Positions 20,901 to 30,049 of a stretch of DNA of 64,000 bases are shown in pieces. Source of the DNA: an uncultured bacterium. GTDB lineage: Bacteria > JAJVIF01 > JAGGVT01. The position numbers and the translations under genes are program-made. The DNA lies in assembly GCA_965369605.1 (NCBI GenBank), contig CBDURE010000001.1, positions 781 to 64,780 on the forward strand, read 5' to 3'. A model generated the notes under the pieces. That model made no database searches. It had not been told where the DNA came from and saw nothing but the letters and a program-made list of their open reading frames with translations. Position 1 is the first letter of the stretch. Every line of letters starts with the position of its first letter.

Positions 20901-21147
20901 AGTTTATTATGTTGCCACCAGAGACGCTCGCGAAACCGGAATGGCTTCCAGACCGGACATCTATATTTTCAAGAGTCTGGACAATGGAGTTACATGGATA
21001 CGCGGCATTTGCGCGAACGACAGAACTGGCACTGAGAATGCCTACAATCCGAATATTACCGGATTGCCGGGAGCGCTTGGTGGATTCATTGTGATGTATG
21101 AATCACCTGACGATACCGTTTTCTGCGCTGTCAGCAACGCGTATTAA
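17917..21147 (+). CDS. surface lipoprotein, family B conserved N-terminal module + PKD-like domains + C-terminal BNR/Asp-box (sialidase-like) repeats
   Basis: Lipobox VTACSS. The N-module shares LGVYQII..CKDCF..KHPF..DLHVFD..KPEAWKV..ADWQ motifs with 25383c and 33736. Two PKD-like segments are present (DGAIVDYEWDFDYD and DGAIVTYQYDFSYDG). Four BNR motifs, SxDxGxTW, are present (SVDNGLTWAAP, SLDNGTTWNVP, SADGITWLAP, SLDNGVTWIRG). Confidence 0.8.
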   Translation: MFRFITTLSLVLMLVAMVTACSSGGSIIPDGPDGFSASSQMPIYLNPSTEGVKSGTGALGVYQIIIDNSSLNYDVLPLRYSSFVPREYETDLTLALTSSFCKDCFKVNGITLNASENILLEVGVKHPFSQVTNLPAPRPQRPDLHVFDVQGIVVVEGTAGFPRSGITLNPDFVVNPEGFTSVFDAAIDSIGGSFTTAANAHPFKILSMGNFVNPSDDIGNYDPSSLNGYPNPSGIMNPTGFNVMKGGCEYFNTTYELKSEGASTSFLFAVTCSFGESAKGVGSDLQKRDSPIYLLPAFSKPEAWKVAVDIENNDLADNDNTSTADIVIRVADWQEAYGATPPNPAFDPSIDVAVARNTLIQASGIHNVVVDIPSLNFMGDDAIAQSEIPTGDSTYLVPSTYRITVNNDEFASEIPNPNNPPQFWGLVAIQDDLAGTANPNGGIDRELIVPDSIFSISDYTTYQVFGISIFPPNIPPTPNITCVVPGGVEPFPINSGDFPDFHGNSSIDSDGAIVDYEWDFDYDNITHNFADPSDPEYYTDADITVAADPPPHKMNNLLAVNASKYVALRVTDDSAGATTSIMYVEVDIGPNLNPIPDLGITFYGTLFPAAPYTFYEDERVTLLPGPLTSDDGAIVTYQYDFSYDGTQFYVEAANTNGDPILSPVQFQGAVTMATKVNDNGQPYASAIDSKVVTVLGTAVNIPVQVSLVGASGVDLVNAGFKSIAAGNTTIACAWAQTGNMADIFYSVSVDNGLTWAAPAILNTTAVATQQSVSLTVNPTTDTYYAAFEDNSGGPLGISWAISDANCAGWQAINQGLLPPVGTNPDDPSIAINPTTGQVYITYIDTLAGQKEVIVRTSLDNGTTWNVPVGGVNSDNTSDRTDPSITWDATGNLVGVAWDDYRNSSDYQIYFNWSNATATAFQVADVQVVPTADGQNDPSLECDAGTWIMTYDDLSATTELYFTSSADGITWLAPVDVTDNTDSVHNNSSLCIDGLGVYYVATRDARETGMASRPDIYIFKSLDNGVTWIRGICANDRTGTENAYNPNITGLPGALGGFIVMYESPDDTVFCAVSNAY

Positions 21148-21184
21148 TCAGCGGTTTGGGACTCACATAAAAGCGTTTAATTCA

Positions 21185-21210
21185 AAGGCTCCTTCGGGAG
21201 CCTTTTTTTA
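21185..21210 (+). terminator. rho-independent terminator
   Basis: Hairpin aaggctcc-ttcg-ggagcctt followed by a T7 run, just after the stop of the 17917 gene. Confidence 0.6.
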
Positions 21211-21274
21211 TGCATCTAAAAACATGCCGCGATAATATGATAAAATTTCCACATTAAATTCAGGAGAGTTTCTT

Positions 21275-21994
21275 ATGCGCGTATCAATCTGCATGCCGGC
21301 ATACAACGAGGAGGACAACATCGAAAAAACGGTGCGGGATTGCTTTAAATCGATATCTGATTTAAATATCACAGGCGAGGTCTGTGTTACCGACGACTGC
21401 TCCAAAGACAAGACTCCTGAAATCCTGGCTAAACTGAAAACGGAATTTCCCAATCTCGTGGTGGTTACTCATGAGGGAAAAAACGAGGGCTACGGCCGCG
21501 CGTTGCGGGACGCCATTCACGCTAGCCACGGTGAGCTGGTTGTTACAATCGATTCGGACGGCCAGTTCGATATCCTCGAACTCGGACGTCTGCTTGAACT
21601 GCTCGACAGCAACCTCGACATGGTTGTCGGATTCCGCGACCGCAAAAAGGATTCGCTTCTGAAAGTATTCGCTGACCGTGTTCTTAACCTGATGGTCAGA
21701 ATGATGTTCGGTGTAAAAGTGCGCGACACCAACTGCGCCTATAAACTAATCCGCGGCGATTTAATCCGCGACTTGAACATAGAAACAAACGGATTCCAGA
21801 CACCGACTGAAATCCTCCTTAAACTCTACTACGGCGGCGCTAAATTCAAGCAGGCGAAAATCACGCATCGCGAGCGCGAGGGCGGGCAAAGTTCGCTTAA
21901 ATTCTTCAAAGTGTCGTGGGATTTCACATGCTACCTGTTCTACATGCGGGGGAAAGTAAAACTCTGGCGCAGGGGAGTTCTTGCGCAGCTGTGA
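21275..21994 (+). CDS. family 2 glycosyltransferase (dolichyl/polyprenyl-phosphate sugar transferase-like)
   Basis: VSICMPAYNEEDNIEKTV...VCVTDDCSKDKTPEIL and DGQFD motifs are typical of GT2 and DPM1-like enzymes. Confidence 0.75.
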   Translation: MRVSICMPAYNEEDNIEKTVRDCFKSISDLNITGEVCVTDDCSKDKTPEILAKLKTEFPNLVVVTHEGKNEGYGRALRDAIHASHGELVVTIDSDGQFDILELGRLLELLDSNLDMVVGFRDRKKDSLLKVFADRVLNLMVRMMFGVKVRDTNCAYKLIRGDLIRDLNIETNGFQTPTEILLKLYYGGAKFKQAKITHREREGGQSSLKFFKVSWDFTCYLFYMRGKVKLWRRGVLAQL

Positions 21995-22148
21995 GCAAAA
22001 AAGGGGGATGTCCCAACCAAGCCCATAGAATGCAATAAACACTGGGGTTATGAATGAATCTTATTGAAATCATCAAGTTTGAAGCCTGTTGTGGACTGTC
22101 CCCTTTTTTGCGGAGCTTATCTACAATGTCTATGAGGTTTGCCATCGC

Positions 22149-22886
22149 ATGATAATAATTCTACTTCCGGCATACAACGAGGAAAATTCACTACTCCTGC
22201 TGTTTGAATCGCTCGATGCTGCACTTCAAAATCTGGGCGACTATCGAATCGTCGTTGTCGATGACGGCTCCTCTGATAAAACGCCTGAAATTCTTGACGG
22301 CTTGAAATCCACTTATCCGCTGACCGTTCTAACGCACGAGACGAACATGAATCTCGGACGCGCCATGCTGACCGGGCTTTCATGGATTCGCGACAACGCG
22401 TCGGATGATGATCTCGTAATCACGATGGACGCCGACAACACACATTCGCCGGACGTTATCCAATCGCTGATAAGTGGCGCGGGAAACGGGGATGTCGGGA
22501 TAGCGTCGCGATATGAAAAAGGCGGCGGCGAGCGTGGGTTAAGCGGATTTCGCAGCGTAATGAGCCGCGGCGCGGGTTTCCTGCTCCAGATGGCATTTAA
22601 CGTACCGAATGTCCGCGATTACACCTGCGGATTCAGGCTCTATCACCCGCGGATTATCCGTCGCGGATTCGATAAATTCGGCGATGATTTTGTCAGTGAA
22701 ACCGGCTTCACAGCGATGGCGGAAATCCTGATTCGCCTCCACTTCACCGGCGCCAAATTCTACGAAGTCCCCCTCCTCCTGCGCTACGACCTCAAAGCCA
22801 GCCCCAGCAAAATGCACGTCTTCAGAACGGTGATGAGATATTTCAAGCTGATAGCGAAGTTAAAGCGAGTTGGGAGAAAACGTTAG
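22149..22886 (+). CDS. family 2 glycosyltransferase (second tandem copy)
   Basis: MIIILLPAYNEENSL...IVVVDDGSSDKTPEIL, and DADNTH supplying the DxD motif. The ORF is open from 22089, but the conserved GT2 N-terminus starts at 22149. Confidence 0.7.
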   Translation: MIIILLPAYNEENSLLLLFESLDAALQNLGDYRIVVVDDGSSDKTPEILDGLKSTYPLTVLTHETNMNLGRAMLTGLSWIRDNASDDDLVITMDADNTHSPDVIQSLISGAGNGDVGIASRYEKGGGERGLSGFRSVMSRGAGFLLQMAFNVPNVRDYTCGFRLYHPRIIRRGFDKFGDDFVSETGFTAMAEILIRLHFTGAKFYEVPLLLRYDLKASPSKMHVFRTVMRYFKLIAKLKRVGRKR

Positions 22887-22896
22887 TGTGCATCAC

Positions 22897-22984
22897 GCCA
22901 GCAATAATGCGGAGAGGCAACAAAGTTGCTTTTTTAAATCAACCTAACACCAGTGTTAATGCCCAAAGAAAAAGGTGACTGACC
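22897..22984. repeat. repeat family 2, copy A (terminator-containing intergenic element)
   Basis: ~85% identical to 28237-28322. Contains the hairpin gcaac-aaa-gttgc followed by a T6 run. Confidence 0.6.
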
Positions 22985-23033
22985 CAATTAACGCTCTATT
23001 TTAAGCTGTTTGAATTCTTTTCCAGTGTTTTGG

Positions 23034-24917
23034 TTAGACACCGGTTTCTTCTCCACCTGATTGTAAATCAAGAATATCGAGCAAATTGCGAATCTTATGA
23101 ATCTCTTGTTGCATTCCTATTTCTTTGAACAGATCCAATCCCATCTTAAAGTATTCACGTGCTTCCTGTGTGTAACCTTGTGTTGCATATGCAAGCCCAA
23201 AATTACAGAAATGCCTTGCCATACCTTCCTTATTCCCAAGTTCATCATCCAGACTCAAAGCTTTCCCAAGTAACCTGTCAGCCTTCGCAAAATTATTGAG
23301 AGTGATAAAAATACATCCTAGGTTGCCATAATTTAACGCTATGCCTTTTTTGTTACCTAATTCCTCATTCAGATGTAAAGCCTTTTCAAACATCTCAACT
23401 GCTTTTTCAAAATTCCCAGTTACCTGATAGACAGTCCCAAGATTATTGTAATCTAACGCAATTTCAAATCTATCTCCGATTTCATCATGTATCTTTTTTG
23501 CTTGTTCAAACATCTCAATAGCATTACTATGACTACCTTTCATTGCATGAATATTCCCCAAATTGCCTAAAGCTGATGCTTTTCCTATCATGTTTCCCAT
23601 TTCGTCACAAATTTTCAGCGATTTTTCATACATTTCGCTAGCCAGATCAATATCTCCCCGAAACTGATATCCAGTTCCTAGAAGATTATAATCTGATGAC
23701 ATTGCGACTTTATTCATCATTTCCTCATCAATCTTCAATGCTCTCTCATACATTTCTATAGCCTTCGTAAGATCACCTTGGGATCTATAATGATTGCCCA
23801 GATTATTATGTACAATTGCCATTTGCTCTTTATTGTTATTGCTATCAAATATGCTCAGGGCTTTGTCATACATCTCAACAGCTTTATCAAGATCACCACG
23901 AAATGAATAAACAATCCCAAGATTGCCGTATTGAAAGGCCATTCCCTCTGCATCGCCGATTTCCTCATTCTGTTTCAATGCTTTCTTATACATCTCTTCA
24001 GCCTTATTGAAGTTACCTTGTTGATGGTAAACAGTGCCAATGTTACTGTACGATCTCGCAATCCAATCTTTCAGTCCCTTTTCCAAAGAAATTTGCATTA
24101 CTTTCTTGTATATTGATTCCGTCTTATCCAAGTCACCATGAAATTGATGAATCATTCCGAGCCTAGTTAATGCAAACATATCATCTGGGATATGAACTAG
24201 AATCTCATTAACTGCCTCAAGAGCATCATCAAGGTTACCAGTGATATATGCCAATGCTGCAATCTCAGATTGAATCTCAATAAACTCATGCTTTGAACTT
24301 TCAGCAATTCTCTTTAATTCACTTATCAATGTCGATGGGGTTTTTTCTCTACGAAGTTGTTCGAGTTTATTTTCACTTTCTGCTGGTTTTTGCGAAATAA
24401 TTCGAACCACACCTTCAACAGCTCTATCTTCATCCTTCTTTTCCCCTGGTAAGATGACTCCAGCCAATTCCTGTGATGAATTCCTTTTCATTTCATTAAG
24501 CAATTCTTGAATTGCTGCTAATTGTTCGGGGAGTGGCTCAATTGTATCTTTTAAACGTGCTAGTTCGCCACTATCACCTTTATTTGATTGGTCTATCATT
24601 GCTTTAGCTAATGCTATAAAACAACCTCCTAAAAACAGACCTAGGAATAATGAAGTATCCGGTGGGACATCAATCATCTCATTATCGACAATTCGTTCAG
24701 TTTTAATACCAAATCCTTCCCAACCTATAATTTTCCAAATCTGCAATTCTGGAAATGATGAATAGAAAATGCATCCGATACATACTGGGCCTAATGCTGC
24801 AACTAAATATGCAATGAATTTATTTTCAGGTAATGCTCTAAATGCGCATTGCCGCATTAAGAATATGCTTAAAACAGCAATTGAGACCATAATTACGATG
24901 CTTATATTTGCACTCAT
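23034..24917 (-). CDS. membrane-anchored tetratricopeptide (TPR) repeat protein
   Basis: N-terminal hydrophobic segments, followed by ≥10 TPR-like 34-aa repeats with the pattern A..Y..AL.I......N.G. Confidence 0.7.
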   Translation of the reverse strand: MSANISIVIMVSIAVLSIFLMRQCAFRALPENKFIAYLVAALGPVCIGCIFYSSFPELQIWKIIGWEGFGIKTERIVDNEMIDVPPDTSLFLGLFLGGCFIALAKAMIDQSNKGDSGELARLKDTIEPLPEQLAAIQELLNEMKRNSSQELAGVILPGEKKDEDRAVEGVVRIISQKPAESENKLEQLRREKTPSTLISELKRIAESSKHEFIEIQSEIAALAYITGNLDDALEAVNEILVHIPDDMFALTRLGMIHQFHGDLDKTESIYKKVMQISLEKGLKDWIARSYSNIGTVYHQQGNFNKAEEMYKKALKQNEEIGDAEGMAFQYGNLGIVYSFRGDLDKAVEMYDKALSIFDSNNNKEQMAIVHNNLGNHYRSQGDLTKAIEMYERALKIDEEMMNKVAMSSDYNLLGTGYQFRGDIDLASEMYEKSLKICDEMGNMIGKASALGNLGNIHAMKGSHSNAIEMFEQAKKIHDEIGDRFEIALDYNNLGTVYQVTGNFEKAVEMFEKALHLNEELGNKKGIALNYGNLGCIFITLNNFAKADRLLGKALSLDDELGNKEGMARHFCNFGLAYATQGYTQEAREYFKMGLDLFKEIGMQQEIHKIRNLLDILDLQSGGEETGV

Positions 24918-25197
24918 AGAAACCTCTAAAATAGAGAACAGAGTCCTATTTTTTCTACGATTAACACTAGCTATTTGATTTCTTAGGACGTCCCTTCTTT
25001 TTCTCCAGGAAATCCATCCCTGCCAGTTTGCCCATTTTCATCAGAACTTCTTGCCCCCAGTGGCACACCGGATATTGTCCGTTTCTTGATCAAGTCGACA
25101 TCCTCTTTGCCAAGCATCTATCTTATAGCTTGCGTCCTGATGCGTCAATAATAAAGGTGCTGCTCCTTTTTATAAATACAAAACAAAATCCTCCCTG

Positions 25198-25395
25198 GGG
25201 TGGTTAAAAGGGGACAGCGCCCTTTGATGTCGCCGATTATAAACGCTTTCGTGAACAACCTCGTTTACGTTAGACGCATTCTGCTCTCGCTTCCCTCACT
25301 ATCATGTCAACAAAAAAACAAAACCCGGAGCGTCTGTCGCACCCCGGGTGATTTTATTTTCTACCTTATTCCACCAACACTACTACGGCCCGAAT
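25198..25395. repeat. repeat family 1, copy A (~200 bp, terminator-containing, overlaps the 3' end of 25383c)
   Basis: ~85% identical to 31873-32055, with one ~40-bp indel. Contains the hairpin cccggggtgcg..cgctccggg followed by a T-tract (minus-strand sense). Confidence 0.6.
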
Positions 25396-28103
25396 CGTGC
25401 GATGAACACTTCGTAGCCATAAACATGGCTTAAATTTGTCTCGTTTGGATCACCCGGACCGAATGTGGCCGGACTTCTATATAAACCTGTTATTGCTATT
25501 GAATTATCCGGAAGCGCTGCGATGTCTCGAGAAGAATTATACTCTACTCCAGTGGCGGCGTGTTCAGCCCAATGGACTGTTCCATCGGGATTGTACCACG
25601 CGATAAACGTATCTGTTACATTTCCTGTGGTTAGAGTTCTCTCGTTCGGTTCGGATTGCCCGAATACGATTTCGTCCGTGAAATATCCTGTCACAACGCT
25701 TATATCTCCGAGAATTGTTGTGGCTGCGTACGCTGAATCAGAATTAACCCCACTGGCGCACTTTGCCCATATCAGTGCTCCGTCAGCATCATACCGGGCG
25801 ATGAAAATTTCAGCGGCACCAGCGGAGACAAGTGTTGTCTCGTTCGGGTCACCTTCACCGAAAATCGCCGAATCTGTGAAATATCCCGTTACTGTTACAG
25901 AATCATCCGATAGTGTTGTAATCCCGTGGGCTGAATCCGCAGTTGGGCCACCGGCTTTTTTTGCCCACATAAGTGTTCCGTCGGTATCGTACCTTGCTAC
26001 GAAAATATCCCTAACGCCGTCACAAACAAACGATGTCTGATTAGGCTCGCCCTGACCGAAAAATGCAGTGCCATAAAAATATCCAGTTACTACTGCCGTA
26101 CCGTCTGAAAGCGCTGTGACTGCAATGCCATCGTTACGTCCTGCCGATCCGCCAGCCCGTTTTGCCCAGGCAAGCGTTCCGTCCGGATTGTACTTTGCGA
26201 CAAAGATATCCCTGTATTCAAAGCCATTATAACCAGCGCCATTTGTCAGGCTGGTCTCGTATAGCTCGCCTTTACCGAATGTATATGTACCCGCAAACCA
26301 TCCAGTTGCAATTGTTGAATCATCTGAAAGCGCTGTGACCCCATTGCCATATGCTCGCCCGGTTCCACTGATTGCCTTTGCCCATTCAAGAGTGCCATCA
26401 GGATTATACCGTGCCACGAAAACACCATCGTTTGGATAGTTCTGCAGTGTAATCTGGTTTGGTTCTCCCTGTCCGAATGTGACTGCCCATCCGAAAATTC
26501 CCGTTATTACTACCGAATCGTCTGAAAGAGCTGTAATTCCAAAAGTGGTTTCCCAACCTGCCGCGCCTACGCGTTTCACCCAGAGAAGCGCGCCATCGGG
26601 GTCATACCGCGCGATGAAGATATCGTTCTGCCCGGCTGATCCCACAGTAGTTTCGTTCGATTCACCCATGGCAAATGTGAGATTGCTTCGGAATAATCCC
26701 GATACGACTGTCGAACTGTCCGAAAGCGCTGCGATTGCAAAGCTTTGATCATTATCAGGTCCGACGGCATTTTTCGCCCAGAAAATATTACCGGGCGGCA
26801 CAAATGGCTCTTCAACAACAGTCGCGTTGAAAACCTGATAAACAGCGTATTCAGGAATAATGTAATTATTAAGAAGCACTCCGTCAGGTGAGTCAATCAT
26901 GAAGTCTCGTGGTTCAATTTGCCAGTCAGAGCTTGGGATTCTTTCATCAGTTACTTTAACAAGCCCGGTATATTGCCCCGCTTCAAGGAGGTTTTCGTTT
27001 ACCACGGAAACATTAAAAACAAGGGGATCATCAGGTGTTCCCGTGCCTGAAACAGCCGTGTTTGCCGATGGAAGTGAGTTTGTCATGCCAGGGATTTCCA
27101 CCGAAACCGATGCTATATCACTGGACGCAAAAATGTTATCACCGGGGGCGTTTTCAAAATCATCAGGGGTGGCATAAACTGTCGCGTCTTGCTGCCAATC
27201 GTAAGCACGCACCTCTACATCAAATGGCGTAGTGTCATCATTCTCTACCCAGGTTGATCCAACCTCCGCGGGTCCCGGAGGAGACACATCCACTTTCCAT
27301 GCGGCCTTGCGATTGAACTCGGGATTGTAATATTTCGGAATCAATCGATTGGGTTTCTTCGCGCTAAAGCCATAGCCCATTGTAAGATACATGTTGAACA
27401 TGAGGATTTGATCGGACAGGTTGAATCCGGCATCGAAAGTTTGGTTCGCACCCATTATGAATTTGTTCCATGTGCTTGAGCCTGTTTCGCTGTCATTAAC
27501 GACAAGGAAATACGGCATCGCGGCTGTGTCATCCAGAAGGCTTGAAAGTTCGCTTGTATAACCATCCGCACCTGCGCATGCTCCGGCGTAAATGCTTTTA
27601 CCGGTAAGAGAATAGGTATCCGGTTCGATATTAATCGGCTGAATGAGAAGCGCCAAATCAAAGACATCAAGATCCAGGCGGTTTACCGCGGTCGGTGGCT
27701 TCAATGAATCGCCAGGGTCGAAAGGATGTTTGATATCGAATGTGATAATCACATTAAAATCCAAATCAATGCTCACACTTTCTAATTTTAAACAATCCGT
27801 GCAGGGGTTAATCGTGAAGAAAGCCATTCCACTCACAATGTAAGCCTCACCGATAGCCCCGGATCGTTTGGCAACAAGATTGGCGGTTAACTCATCCGGG
27901 TTGATTGCCAGCTCCCAGGCGCCCATCATTCCAATCGCGCTGATTATGTCCCCCGTATCAGAAAGGCCAATAATGCCAGGTGATAAACCGGAGGCATCAT
28001 CCTGCGTTCCAGCACTACTGCCCGGCGCAAGGGGATTATCACCGGATGAGCACCCCGCCAGCCATACAGCTATAACCAATAGGAGATACGTAAACTGTCT
28101 CAT
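25383..28103 (-). CDS. surface lipoprotein, family B N-terminal module + C-terminal SBBP-type beta-propeller repeats
   Basis: Lipobox LAGCSS. The N-module has GAWELAINPDELTANL..CTDCL..KHPFDPGD..DLDVFDLALL..YYNPEFNRKAAWKV..YDWQ. The C-terminus has ~9 repeats of the form DIFIARYxPDGxLxWAK..GG......GITxLSDxSxxVTGYF, typical of SBBP. Confidence 0.8.
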   Translation of the reverse strand: MRQFTYLLLVIAVWLAGCSSGDNPLAPGSSAGTQDDASGLSPGIIGLSDTGDIISAIGMMGAWELAINPDELTANLVAKRSGAIGEAYIVSGMAFFTINPCTDCLKLESVSIDLDFNVIITFDIKHPFDPGDSLKPPTAVNRLDLDVFDLALLIQPINIEPDTYSLTGKSIYAGACAGADGYTSELSSLLDDTAAMPYFLVVNDSETGSSTWNKFIMGANQTFDAGFNLSDQILMFNMYLTMGYGFSAKKPNRLIPKYYNPEFNRKAAWKVDVSPPGPAEVGSTWVENDDTTPFDVEVRAYDWQQDATVYATPDDFENAPGDNIFASSDIASVSVEIPGMTNSLPSANTAVSGTGTPDDPLVFNVSVVNENLLEAGQYTGLVKVTDERIPSSDWQIEPRDFMIDSPDGVLLNNYIIPEYAVYQVFNATVVEEPFVPPGNIFWAKNAVGPDNDQSFAIAALSDSSTVVSGLFRSNLTFAMGESNETTVGSAGQNDIFIARYDPDGALLWVKRVGAAGWETTFGITALSDDSVVITGIFGWAVTFGQGEPNQITLQNYPNDGVFVARYNPDGTLEWAKAISGTGRAYGNGVTALSDDSTIATGWFAGTYTFGKGELYETSLTNGAGYNGFEYRDIFVAKYNPDGTLAWAKRAGGSAGRNDGIAVTALSDGTAVVTGYFYGTAFFGQGEPNQTSFVCDGVRDIFVARYDTDGTLMWAKKAGGPTADSAHGITTLSDDSVTVTGYFTDSAIFGEGDPNETTLVSAGAAEIFIARYDADGALIWAKCASGVNSDSAYAATTILGDISVVTGYFTDEIVFGQSEPNERTLTTGNVTDTFIAWYNPDGTVHWAEHAATGVEYNSSRDIAALPDNSIAITGLYRSPATFGPGDPNETNLSHVYGYEVFIARFGP

Positions 28104-28236
28104 TTGCCTGCCTCCAGGATAGATTTTTTTAATGCAATTCTCTTAAGAAGATGTACTGTGCATATACCATTATATAAAATTTTCCCGACATTTACGAACT
28201 TATGCACAAATTTTTAAAGAAGTCTAATCCCAGCCC

Positions 28237-28322
28237 CAGCAATAATGCGGAAAGGCAACGATTCCGCTTTTTTAAATCCACCCTAACGCCAGTATTAATG
28301 CCCAACTAAAGGGTGTCTGACT
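28237..28322. repeat. repeat family 2, copy B
   Basis: Matches 22897-22984 (ccagcaataatgcggaRaggcaac...cttttttaaatc...taacRccagtRttaatgcccaa). Confidence 0.6.
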
Positions 28323-28341
28323 TCAATGACACTTTGTAGAC

Positions 28342-29013
28342 TTGCGCTCATGGCGAGTAGATAGTACACTCTCTTTTGTGAAGAAAGAGATGATAACCTT
28401 AGCCGATAAACAAATTAGAGATGCACTTCATCGTAAGACACTCCGCAAACACCATCGTGCGCCAAATACACTTGTAGTGGATGAATTGGGATTGATGCAC
28501 GGCAAATGTCGAGCAGATATTGCTGTTATTAATGGTCATCTCTTTGGATATGAGATTAAGAGCGATGAAGACACTCTTTCAAGACTTCCTGAACAAGTCA
28601 GAGCGTATTGTGAAGTCTTCGATCGCGTAACTGTTGTAGTCGGGAAGAAGCATGTGAATTTAGTCAGAAATATTGTCCCGGATTGGTGGGGCATCACTGT
28701 TGCCCAAAGAGGGGAACGAGGTGCGGTTAATTTTGAATCTGAAAGATCTGGTCAATTCAACAAGAATCTAAATCTCTTTTCAATTGCTCAGTTGTTGTGG
28801 AAAAGCGAGGTCAGTCAAATTCTTAGCGAATTGGGTGTACCATCGAAACTGTTACGGCAAAGACGTTCTGAACTCTACCGACTGCTCGTAGAGTTGATGA
28901 AACCTAATGACTTGCACCGCAAAGTTAGGGATTGCCTAAGGAGTCGTAAAAATTGGAGATGTCATCCACAACCTTCTCAATATGATGATTCGTACCCACC
29001 CATCTCCAAGTAG
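28342..29013 (+). CDS. PD-(D/E)xK nuclease-fold protein (sce7726/MmcB-like family)
   Basis: The motif block RADIAVINGHLFGYEIKSDEDT fits the D...E.K catalytic core of the PD-(D/E)xK fold, and the size is right for this family. The gene is convergent with the beta-protein gene and overlaps it by ~89 bp. Confidence 0.55.
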   Translation: MRSWRVDSTLSFVKKEMITLADKQIRDALHRKTLRKHHRAPNTLVVDELGLMHGKCRADIAVINGHLFGYEIKSDEDTLSRLPEQVRAYCEVFDRVTVVVGKKHVNLVRNIVPDWWGITVAQRGERGAVNFESERSGQFNKNLNLFSIAQLLWKSEVSQILSELGVPSKLLRQRRSELYRLLVELMKPNDLHRKVRDCLRSRKNWRCHPQPSQYDDSYPPISK

Positions 29014-30049
29014 TTAGATTTCCTGTGCTTTCTTGCCCACTTCCGCACTCAGCAATATAATTATCACCGCAGGAGAAATCTTCACCAGAATAATGTGGTG
29101 ATTTTGTGACAATCTGGCAAAGATCCCTAAATTGCTTGTAACCATTTTTGCGGACATTTGTACCTTTTACAATTAGCCAAAAATCTTGTGTTGTATACCT
29201 GATTGTTGCAGAAGGTGTTAGGAATCGCATATCACGCTGGATAACTTTTGGATGATTTATTCCATAGTCACCAAAAGTAGGTAATCTGCCGTTATCAGCA
29301 GTTAAGATTTCAATAATGCGTTTATACAATAGCCATTCAAATCTATTCTTAAGAGTTTGGCCCTGCTTAATCCCCCCCATTGATTCAGGAAATGAAGTTC
29401 CACAGAGTATAAATGAGCGCCAGTGATGGATGTTGGGCAAATTTTTAATAATAGAAACACAAAGTTTAGCGAACCCTTCAAGTGGTTCAAAATTTGGAGA
29501 TCCAAGATCAAGCAGCAGATCGCATTGCTCAGCTTTCAAGTCGTTCATTCCAAGAATCTTTTTAATAAATTTTGTTAACTCAGGTTTGGCTGATTCCTCG
29601 ATGTTAATACGAAAGCATAATCCGTTATTATCTTTAGAAGTGATTGTTTTAATTTGTGACATGAATGCTTTATCACTGTTAGGCCTGATTACTGGTGTTG
29701 CCTTGCATTTATTTTTTCTTAATTCATCGAAGATAAACTTCAGAGGGTGGCGATTACGAGATAATCGCACATCTTGGCCAAGGAGTGAGATATCTAGAAA
29801 ACAAGGCTTAGCACCCCATTTTTCTATTATCCTCTTCGCAAATGGTTTAAGATGCTCATCGATAGTTTTACTAGGTTCTCGTGTCTCGAAATCAAATCCT
29901 ATCTCGGGCACTTCTATCAATGGAGTAATAGAAGCTTTGGCTTCTTCTGACAAGCGCAGTACAGCTTGATACTCTCCTTGTTTCCATCGAAGACATGGAA
30001 CGTAATGTTTATGGTCAAATTCCAATTTTTTACCTCCGTTTCTATCCAA
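28925..30049 (-). CDS. 'beta protein' family protein (sce7725-like), partner of the PD-(D/E)xK gene
   Basis: The N-terminal HYVPCLRWKQGEYQAVLRL matches the YVP.LK.K.GE..AL signature I associate with the beta-protein family (PF14350). Its start overlaps the upstream XRE-ImmA gene by 8 nt, suggesting an operon. Confidence 0.5.
   Translation of the reverse strand: MDRNGGKKLEFDHKHYVPCLRWKQGEYQAVLRLSEEAKASITPLIEVPEIGFDFETREPSKTIDEHLKPFAKRIIEKWGAKPCFLDISLLGQDVRLSRNRHPLKFIFDELRKNKCKATPVIRPNSDKAFMSQIKTITSKDNNGLCFRINIEESAKPELTKFIKKILGMNDLKAEQCDLLLDLGSPNFEPLEGFAKLCVSIIKNLPNIHHWRSFILCGTSFPESMGGIKQGQTLKNRFEWLLYKRIIEILTADNGRLPTFGDYGINHPKVIQRDMRFLTPSATIRYTTQDFWLIVKGTNVRKNGYKQFRDLCQIVTKSPHYSGEDFSCGDNYIAECGSGQESTGNLTTWRWVGTNHHIEKVVDDISNFYDSLGNP

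Noticed and set aside
24960-25090. A short reverse-strand ORF ending ...MGKLAGMDFLEKKKGRPKKSNS*, between the TPR gene and repeat family 1
   Set aside because: It is too short, has no recognisable family and no convincing start or RBS. It may be a gene remnant, but this cannot be supported.
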